From Desulfobacterales bacterium (GTDB lineage Bacteria; Desulfobacterota; Desulfobacteria; Desulfobacterales; UBA5616): 20,068 bases of DNA. The DNA is taken from positions 1 through 20,068 of the forward strand of contig JAWODC010000038.1 in NCBI GenBank assembly GCA_046483495.1, in the 5' to 3' direction. Under the pieces are notes generated by a model. It saw only the letters and a list, made by a program, of their open reading frames with translations. It was not told where the DNA came from and made no database searches. Position numbers and translations under genes: made by a program. Shown here piece after piece: positions 16,942-20,068 of the stretch. Within the stretch, counting starts at the first letter, position 1, and every line of letters starts with the position of its first letter.

Positions 16942-18027
16942 ATGCACAAAAACCATCCAGGGGATTTGAATCCAGACCGCCGCTACGAAATCCATTCATC
17001 AGATTTTCAGGTCAGATCCGAGAACGTTTCACTTCATCAACATCCAAAATATCTTTTACCGGAGCTTACGGCAAGGCTTAGATTCCTTGATAAGATTTTA
17101 AACAGCATATCTTACAGCGACTTGCCGGGGAAAAATCATTTTTCAGAATTCCTACAAGAGCGATATCGTCGCAATTGCAAAGTCAATTCCATTCGTATGC
17201 ACTCAACCAGCCTATGGCAATTTCTTACTTTTTATGGAAATTCCGGTAAACGTTCCATCGACCAGATGGAAAGGGAAGATATAGAGGCCTTTGTAGAGGA
17301 TCTTCAGGATCGAGGATTAGCGTCCAATTCTGTAGCCTCCCGACTGCGAACTGTTTATGCCTTTATACGATTTTTGATTGAAAACAAGGTCCTGGGATAC
17401 GAATTGCTTGAAAGGCGAATCAGGATAAAACTGCCGAATCGTCTGCCTCGCGCCATGGATCCTGAAGATCTAAGGAAATTATTGTCGGTCATCAACTCGG
17501 TTCGCGATCGGGCAATGATACTGCTGCTGTTAAGAACCGGCATGCGGATTGGCGAGTTGCTGGGTACCAAAGTGCATGATGTAGACCTTAGCAACCATAG
17601 GATATTGATATATGAGGCAGACAAGACGGGAGTCGGCCGAGTCGTCTATTATAGCGGAGATGCCAGAGAAGCGCTAATAGCATGGCTTCATGTCAGGAAC
17701 CCCTTCAAGGAACACCTTTTCTATGGACGAGGCCGTGACTCGTTGTGCTATGAATGTGCCCGGTCCATGTCCTATAAATATTTAGAGAAAGCAGGATTGT
17801 CATACAGGGGATACACACTCCATTGTTTGCGGCACACCTTTGCCACGGAACTTTTAAATGCCCGGATGCCGTTGGAATGCCTTCGGGTTTTATTGGGGCA
17901 TGCCAGCCTGGAGGTTACCCGTATATATGCCCGCCTTGCCGATAAAACACGCGAAGAGGAATATTTTGCGGCCATGGAAAAAATCTTGAAAGGACAAGCC
18001 GATGCAAATGACGAATGTGATTATTAA
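16942..18027 (+). CDS. XerD-like tyrosine recombinase A
   Basis: SAM-like N-domain, TGMRIGE, DKTG, HCLRHTFAT, LLGH and RIYA. Confidence 0.93.
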   Translation: MHKNHPGDLNPDRRYEIHSSDFQVRSENVSLHQHPKYLLPELTARLRFLDKILNSISYSDLPGKNHFSEFLQERYRRNCKVNSIRMHSTSLWQFLTFYGNSGKRSIDQMEREDIEAFVEDLQDRGLASNSVASRLRTVYAFIRFLIENKVLGYELLERRIRIKLPNRLPRAMDPEDLRKLLSVINSVRDRAMILLLLRTGMRIGELLGTKVHDVDLSNHRILIYEADKTGVGRVVYYSGDAREALIAWLHVRNPFKEHLFYGRGRDSLCYECARSMSYKYLEKAGLSYRGYTLHCLRHTFATELLNARMPLECLRVLLGHASLEVTRIYARLADKTREEEYFAAMEKILKGQADANDECDY

Positions 18028-18925
18028 CTTCAGGCGGCACCTTAAACGTCGGAATTTCTCCCAATCCACGGTGAAATACTACCTCAATATTATCAAACAG
18101 TATGTGATCTGGCTGGATGTTGCACTTGAAGAAGCGACACCAGGGAAGGTGCACTTATATGTCGATCATCTTTTGAGAAAAAGAATGCATCCAGCGAGTA
18201 TCAATCTGTATCTGGCTGTCGTCAGAATATTCTACGATTATTTAAAACATGAGGAGCATGTCAATCTTATCAATCCGGTCAAAGGCAATTATCGTCTGCG
18301 CTCTCCAAGGCCATTGCCGAGGAGCCTTCGCGACCAGGAAGTCGAAAAGCTGTTCAATATGATTAAGAACAAACGTGATTTTGCCATGTTTAGACTGATG
18401 CTCAGGTGCGGATTGCGTGTGGAGGAGGTGGCCCACCTGACCCTGAGAGATATTGACTTTAAAAGCAATAGAATCATGGTTCGGCAAGGGAAAGGCGGTA
18501 AGGATCGCGTGGTCTACATCAGCAAGGACGCTCACGATGCATTAGCGGCTTACCTGAAGCAGCGGTCTCGCCATCGAGCAAAGGGGGTCTTTTTGGTTGA
18601 GAAGGGGACGTATAAAGGACGGGCGATCTCCGTACGGGGCATTCAAAAACGCATAGAATTTTATGCAAAAAAGACGCGGATCGAGGTCAGCTGTCATCGG
18701 CTCCGCCATACCATGGCGACTCAGCTGTTGAATGCAGAAGCCGAAATAGAAACCATCCAGGATTTGTTAGGACACAATTGGATCACGACGACTCAGCGGT
18801 ATTGTAAGGTATCGAACCTGAAGGTTCAACGCGATTACTTCAAGGCGATGCAGAAGGTTATGGAACGGTCGGAGAAAAGCGTGACTTCAGATGTAGGAGA
18901 AAAGCTTGGTATAATTAGGTTTTGA
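18002..18925 (+). CDS. XerD-like tyrosine recombinase B
   Basis: CGLRVEE, GKGGKDR, HRLRHTMAT, LLGH and QRYC. Overlaps the 3' end of recombinase A. No IntI-specific insertion. Confidence 0.93.
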   Translation: MQMTNVIINFRRHLKRRNFSQSTVKYYLNIIKQYVIWLDVALEEATPGKVHLYVDHLLRKRMHPASINLYLAVVRIFYDYLKHEEHVNLINPVKGNYRLRSPRPLPRSLRDQEVEKLFNMIKNKRDFAMFRLMLRCGLRVEEVAHLTLRDIDFKSNRIMVRQGKGGKDRVVYISKDAHDALAAYLKQRSRHRAKGVFLVEKGTYKGRAISVRGIQKRIEFYAKKTRIEVSCHRLRHTMATQLLNAEAEIETIQDLLGHNWITTTQRYCKVSNLKVQRDYFKAMQKVMERSEKSVTSDVGEKLGIIRF

Positions 18926-18941
18926 ATATCGGTTATTCGAT

Positions 18942-19056
18942 TGGGGTAACTCGACGACGCTCCGGCGGGGCATGACCTCCACTTCACTATGGGGGTTCCG
19001 TTCCGGCCATGCCCCACCTCCGCTTGAGGCTCGCACCTATTGTGTTTGTTACTCCA
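18942..19056 (-). other. Structured non-coding segment (RNA or ssDNA hairpin with three 3x3 purine loops)
   Basis: Minus strand GC-GGA-GGTGGGGCATGGCC-GGA-AC-GGA-AC-ccccata-GT-GAA-GT-GGA-GGTCATGCCCCGCC-GGA-GC (19023-18959), inside an outer stem at 18942-18950 / 19048-19056. Confidence 0.7.
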
Positions 19057-19185
19057 GGCCGCCATCGGTAAAAACAAAGCAAAATTTTGGAGAAAGAAGC
19101 TTGACTTCATAAAAAATAGAAGGCACCATAATTTATCATATCTCATTAATTTTAGTAGAAAAATCAAAGTTTGTTACGTCTTACT

Positions 19186-19235
19186 ATGTTGTATATTGGT
19201 TTGGGCCTGATCTACTTGGTGATAGTATCACAGGA
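19186..19235 (+). repeat. Degenerate ~50-bp direct repeat, copy B
   Basis: ATGTTGTATATTGGTTTGGGCCTGATCTACTTGGTGATAGTATCACAGGA, aligns with copy A at 15910-15960. Confidence 0.65.
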
Positions 19236-19262
19236 TTTCTTTAAAAGTCCACGTCTTCCGGT

Positions 19263-19393
19263 TTAAGCGTTGACGTCGATGTAGTCGGCGCCAGGGTCGG
19301 CCTGGGCCCGGGTGATTTTTTGAACAGTCTCGGGGCCTCGGTGGCGGCGGCGGCTTTCCGGCTGGCGTTGAGCAGTTCTCACATGATGAGCAT
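19263..19393 (-). pseudogene. Degraded N-terminus of an AcsE-like methyltetrahydrofolate:corrinoid methyltransferase (pterin-binding domain)
   Basis: AAAGGA RBS, MLIM*ELLNASRKAAAA, then a frameshift to VQKITRAQADPGADYIDVNA*. Matches the family N-terminal pattern MLIIGE.IN.SRK...Q...GADYIDVN. Directly downstream of a corrinoid protein gene. Confidence 0.8.
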
Positions 19394-19472
19394 GGCTCGA
19401 TTCCTTTTCTGTTTGAACCCTGCAGGCAAGGAGTCAAAGAGGCGACCTTTACTCTGCCAGCGCATCCATGCG

Positions 19473-20068
19473 TCAGCACTCGCTTTTACCCCAAAACAAG
19501 ATTTCTTTTGCTACAGCCACAGCCTCTCCGGCATCCTTGGCATATCCGTCGGCGCCGATCTCTTCGGCATATCTCTTGTTGACAGGCGCCCCTCCCACAA
19601 GGATTTTCACTTTGTCTCTCAAGCCCTCTGCTTTCAGGGCATCGATGATGGTTTTCATCTCCGGCATGGTCGTGGTCAGAAGAGCTGAAAGGGCAAGGAT
19701 GTCGGGTTTGAAAACGTTTACCTGATGCAGGAATTCTTCCGTAATGACATTGATCCCGATGTCCCTGACGTCGAACCCCACTCCTCGAAGCATGATGGAG
19801 ACCATGTTTTTTCCTATATCATGCATGTCTCCCTGAACGGTGCCGATGAGGACTTTCGCGGAAGCTCTCTTCCGGGTAGCGGCAAAAAGGGGCTCCAGCT
19901 CCGCCATGGCACGGTTCATGGCTCGGGCGGACAACAGGACTTCCGGTATGAACACGTCACCGGTTTTGAAACGCTCACCGATTTGCTCCATGGCAGGTAT
20001 CATCCCGTCGTTGAGGACGGTTCCCGCATCCATTCCTTTCCCTATCAGCGCCAGCGCATTTTTTACCA
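19473..20068 (-). CDS. Corrinoid (B12-binding) protein of a methyltransferase system, 5' end outside the window
   Basis: Cap domain (GERFKTGDVFIPEVLLSA), GDMHDIGKN (DxHxxG), LSALLT and ILVGGA. Frame stays open upstream of 20033 to the window edge. Confidence 0.95.
   Translation of the reverse strand, partial: VKNALALIGKGMDAGTVLNDGMIPAMEQIGERFKTGDVFIPEVLLSARAMNRAMAELEPLFAATRKRASAKVLIGTVQGDMHDIGKNMVSIMLRGVGFDVRDIGINVITEEFLHQVNVFKPDILALSALLTTTMPEMKTIIDALKAEGLRDKVKILVGGAPVNKRYAEEIGADGYAKDAGEAVAVAKEILFWGKSEC

Larger units (their letters stand above)
16841..19191 (+). mobile_element. Compact element encoding two tandem tyrosine recombinases
   Basis: Terminal inverted repeats TAAAACGTAACAAA (16849-16862) and TTTGTTACGTCTTA (19170-19183), 13/14 matched. 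Flanking octamers CCATGTTT and CTATGTTG in direct orientation. Second inverted pair at 16904-16918 and 19152-19166, 14/15 matched. Confidence 0.75.

Noticed and set aside
16942..18925. Recombinases as integron integrase IntI or as chromosomal XerC/XerD
   Set aside because: No IntI-specific insertion after GKGGKDR. The tandem overlap and inverted-repeat ends point to a mobile element rather than housekeeping xer genes.
19101..19132. Outward-facing promoter TTGACT...CATAAT at the element's right end
   Set aside because: The 20-nt spacer is outside the normal sigma70 range, so it is not supportable without transcript data.
19379..19381. In-frame TGA in the acsE-like ORF as a second selenocysteine codon
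   Set aside because: It falls at the conserved Gly of IGE (GGA to TGA), not at a Cys, and the ORF is also frameshifted and truncated, so it is a nonsense mutation.

Overview
Bacterial chromosome window whose gene content suggests an anaerobic Desulfobacterota (deltaproteobacterial) organism; this is an inference. Positions 1-13.8 kb are GC-rich and largely housekeeping: selB flanked by two membrane-protein ORFs missing from the ORF track, tRNA-His(GTG) and tRNA-Arg(TCG), a PaaG-like crotonase / nitronate monooxygenase-family / nitroreductase cluster, a UGA-interrupted C-GCAxxG-C-C selenoprotein with a SECIS hairpin, murJ, an SPFH plus zinc-ribbon gene pair, a GAF/HD-GYP phosphodiesterase and a NarL-family regulator. 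An AT-richer, nested mobile region starts at about 13.87 kb. It holds (1) an att site made of a tRNA-Arg(TCT) 3' half, an IHF box and three arm-like repeats next to a tyrosine integrase with an N-terminal Cys4 motif, (2) two paralogous promoter/hairpin modules, (3) a complete solitary integron cassette with a 59-bp attC carrying an RHH/VapC toxin-antitoxin pair, with no IntI in the window, (4) a 2.35-kb element with two tandem XerD-like recombinases, defined ends and a strand-specific hairpin rich in G.A loops, and (5) a degenerate ~50-bp direct repeat bracketing items 3 and 4. The window ends in an acsE-like pseudogene and a corrinoid protein gene.
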